Positions 16,704 to 20,000 of a stretch of DNA of 20,000 bases are shown piece by piece. The notes under the pieces were generated by a model. The model saw only the letters and a list, made by a program, of their open reading frames with translations, was not told where the DNA came from and did not search any database. The stretch lies in IMG/VR virus record IMGVR_UViG_3300032516_007629; one strand, written 5' to 3'. A program made the translations under genes and the position numbers. The stretch comes from an uncultured virus (IMG/VR IMGVR_UViG_3300032516_007629). Taxonomy: Duplodnaviria > Heunggongvirae > Uroviricota > Caudoviricetes. Each line of letters starts with the position of its first letter. The stretch's first letter is position 1.

Positions 16704-17225
16704 ATGAGGTCAAGGGGCGATCTAACTGGCAACCAGTATTCTTTCTGGTGTGTTCTAGGTCCTGCGGAAAAATCAAAGTCAGGCAAGAAGCGTTGGTTGT
16801 GTAAATGTATTTGTGGGCGAGAGAGGTCTGTATTTCAAAACGTCCTATTAAACGGCAAGTCACGCAGTTGTGGGTGTCGTAACGGCGAGGATCTTACGGA
16901 TCAGCAGTTTGGTTTTCTTACTGCACTGCGCCCAGTTATTAGAGGAGACGGTGTTAAAGTATGGCTTTGTAAATGTATATGTGGAGAAGAGCCTCTGGTT
17001 AGACCTAATTCCTTGAAAAGGGGTGCTACCACGTCTTGTGGTTGCGAAGGCTTAAAAAGAAGAAAAGAGGCACTGCGTAAGTCTAGTACACTTAAGCCGT
17101 GCCGTTATTGCGGTCGTATATCTAAGTATTGCATCATCTGTAATAGGGCTAAACAAGATATGCCGACTAAGGAGTTCCAAGATTGGATAGACTCCTTAGT
17201 AGCCTATCAGCTTAAAGAGCCCTAA
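16704..17225 (+). CDS. HNH homing-endonuclease derivative with duplicated Cys-rich module and deleted catalytic core
   Basis: 173 aa. Two DLT..F..WLCKCICG..SCGC repeats, then CRYCG-RISKY-CIICNRAK with no IDR..N..N segment. GAGGAG RBS. Confidence 0.8.
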   Translation: MRSRGDLTGNQYSFWCVLGPAEKSKSGKKRWLCKCICGRERSVFQNVLLNGKSRSCGCRNGEDLTDQQFGFLTALRPVIRGDGVKVWLCKCICGEEPLVRPNSLKRGATTSCGCEGLKRRKEALRKSSTLKPCRYCGRISKYCIICNRAKQDMPTKEFQDWIDSLVAYQLKEP

Positions 17226-19350
17226 TACCTACGTAGGTTAACGTGCTTCCGGCTCCTGCCGAGGTAACGGTTAAGCGTGCAAATTTACTAGATGAGATAA
17301 CTGGTCCAATCGCTGTGGTGGAACCTACGGTACAAGCAGTTGTAGTTCCCACACTTGCCCAGTTTGCATTGTCTTCTGATACTTGAAACTGAATACTAGG
17401 GTTAGACCCACCGGCAGCTAGTACGACTAAAGCTTGCAGAGTATCTGTCCCCTCACAGTTAATGGCTGCTGAGTTACTAGATGCCGTGGACGGCGAAATG
17501 GCTCGATCAAAAATTCTACGATTAAGTGTTGCAGGCTCCGTTTGGCGTGAAAATCTTACAACACTATTTGTAAAGCTAGGTGTAGTACCGGATACGGTTC
17601 TAATATAGCGGATCTGAGTACCTGCTAGACGGATTTTAGGACTTGAAAGAAACCCAGTAGTTGTGAATCTTTCAAAGTGGTAAATATCGTACCAGTTAGT
17701 ACCGTCTACAGTTTCTTGAATTACGACATCTAGTGTTGGGGTAGTACCTGAGACAACCGTAACTGCCACGTTAAAAGAGGCACATTGGGTGTTTGCAATA
17801 CTGATACCCGCAGATGTTAGAGTAGTCGTGATGGCGGCGGAAGCAATGTCTGTGGCGCTTGCACCTGCTAAGCTGGCAGCAGTTACAGCCGCAACAGTGG
17901 TAACGGTAGTTACAGTGGTAACCGTACCGCTAGATACAGTTACGGCAGGGGTGTTTGTAACTGCTACAGGAATTTGGTTTCCGGGACCTAGCGGTTTCAC
18001 ATCATTAACTACTACTGCCGTCGCCGCATAGTTTTCAACACTTGTACTACCTACAGTCCAAGTGGTTGTACTAGCAGGTGCGGTTGAGCCGTTAGCAGCC
18101 CTTAGCTGTAAAAAAAGAGACGTGGATTCTTCTGCAAGGTTGACGACCCTAGAAGCCCTCTGTGTAAGCTGTACTGTACCTGCGACCGAAGCTATAAGCT
18201 GATCTGCAAAATAAGCATTACCGTCATTGCTCGTCATAACAGCTAAATGCCCAGGAGACGCTGTGGTATTGATTGTAGTTACCGTGAAGCCTGAGTTATA
18301 TCCCCGACGTTGTGCATCAAAAGAGGCGTTCGTAGCTGTGGTGCTCGTGTAGAGAAGCTGGTAATAGTTCCATCCAAATAAAGAACAAGTACCACTTCCT
18401 GAAGCAGGCCATCCTGCCACAGTAAAGTTTACGTTATTCCCCGAGACAGAGGCTATAGCGAACCTCCCCGGTATCGCTGTTGCCGAGATATTCTGCACAG
18501 CACCCACATACATGGACTGTCCGACGTTGGCAGAAGTGAAAGGGTTACTAGGTATTGTAACTGTTATAGAGGTAGCAGAGTTTACAGTTACAGCCAAAGC
18601 ATCGCCTATAACATCTACGAGTTCAACATAGAAGTTGTTGTTTATAATTCTTTGAGAAAGAATGCTTTGTATTTTAGCTACTAAAGATCCTGAAAATGAG
18701 CTATTTGAACGAATTATAGTTTCCGCATTAGCAGTAGTACCAGAGGTTAACAGTAAGTTTCCTCCCGACTGTGAAACCGCTTGACCGCTGCCCGTTTGAA
18801 TTACGGTGAAAAAGTTAGAGTCTACACCCGAACCTATTGCCGACGCGAAGGTGGATCTGAATAGGGATTGAGGAGCAGGGGTTGTAATGACTCCTCGACT
18901 ACCCCTTACTGCTGGAACCGTTGAAGTTTGATCACTAGCAATATTAACAGGGGTTGAGTTAGCAGTTGTAGCTGCTCCCTTTGCTGGAATATTTCCTGTG
19001 TTAGTGGCTACCGTAGATAAAGAGGAATTACCTGTGGTTTGAAGAGCAGAAGTAGATGCTCCTGTGGGTAATGGCAGGGAAGCTGCTGACACACTAAGAG
19101 GCGATACCTCATAGAATATCTGTAGAGCATCGGAGTTATTAAAAGATCCACCAGTAGTGTCGTAGGTCAAAGAAAAAACATTACTACTAGCGGTGGCTCC
19201 TAAAGTAGGGTCATTCGCTTGAAATATTGTTACACCGTTAGTGACATCGACAATCAAAAATAAGTTAGATAAACTAACTGTACCGAAGTCAGATAGGGTT
19301 ACTTGTTTAGTGGCTTTATTAAATGTATAATTGGTTATTACAGTACGCAT
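17212..19350 (-). CDS. Tail fibre / virion surface protein
   Basis: 712 aa, Thr/Ser/Ala/Gly-rich. N-terminal YTFN..VTL..LIVDVTNGVTIF..DP segment resembles phage fibre N-termini; two related C-terminal beta-sandwich-like units. Confidence 0.7.
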   Translation of the reverse strand: MRTVITNYTFNKATKQVTLSDFGTVSLSNLFLIVDVTNGVTIFQANDPTLGATASSNVFSLTYDTTGGSFNNSDALQIFYEVSPLSVSAASLPLPTGASTSALQTTGNSSLSTVATNTGNIPAKGAATTANSTPVNIASDQTSTVPAVRGSRGVITTPAPQSLFRSTFASAIGSGVDSNFFTVIQTGSGQAVSQSGGNLLLTSGTTANAETIIRSNSSFSGSLVAKIQSILSQRIINNNFYVELVDVIGDALAVTVNSATSITVTIPSNPFTSANVGQSMYVGAVQNISATAIPGRFAIASVSGNNVNFTVAGWPASGSGTCSLFGWNYYQLLYTSTTATNASFDAQRRGYNSGFTVTTINTTASPGHLAVMTSNDGNAYFADQLIASVAGTVQLTQRASRVVNLAEESTSLFLQLRAANGSTAPASTTTWTVGSTSVENYAATAVVVNDVKPLGPGNQIPVAVTNTPAVTVSSGTVTTVTTVTTVAAVTAASLAGASATDIASAAITTTLTSAGISIANTQCASFNVAVTVVSGTTPTLDVVIQETVDGTNWYDIYHFERFTTTGFLSSPKIRLAGTQIRYIRTVSGTTPSFTNSVVRFSRQTEPATLNRRIFDRAISPSTASSNSAAINCEGTDTLQALVVLAAGGSNPSIQFQVSEDNANWASVGTTTACTVGSTTAIGPVISSSKFARLTVTSAGAGSTLTYVGIRAL

Positions 19351-19367
19351 CGATTAAAATCCTTCTT

Positions 19368-20000
<633 letters not shown>

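Noticed and set aside
1764..18031. Remaining short nested or antisense ORFs in the track (e.g. 2591, 3163, 4265, 4634, 5240, 7341, 9261, 10405, 16017, 16648, 17789)
   Set aside because: They lie largely or wholly within better-supported genes and have no independent coding signal.

Overview
The window looks like the virion-morphogenesis region of a large contractile-tailed (myovirus, probably jumbo) phage. It is read almost entirely on the - strand, and the standard genetic code fits. In transcription order (right to left) it encodes a collagen-like fibre (truncated), a 712-aa fibre/structural protein, a probable head decoration protein flanked by two opposite-strand Cys-rich HNH-type genes, small ORFs, an opposite-strand SLOG/DprA-like gene, a small HNH nuclease, and a TM+GAF holin-like gene. 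Next comes a ~970-bp gap with no credible ORF, then a Cys-free SPL-like radical-SAM derivative, small ORFs, the portal, a neck/tail-completion protein, a 1016-aa tail sheath, the tail tube, and a >514-aa ORF running off the left edge. The most striking element is the gap at 12171-13138. It is densely packed with hairpins whose G-U pairs, GNRA/cUUCGg loops and U-tailed terminators mostly point to a ~850-nt structured RNA on the - strand that I cannot assign to a known class. All protein calls come from motif recognition by eye; no database searches or folding programs were run.
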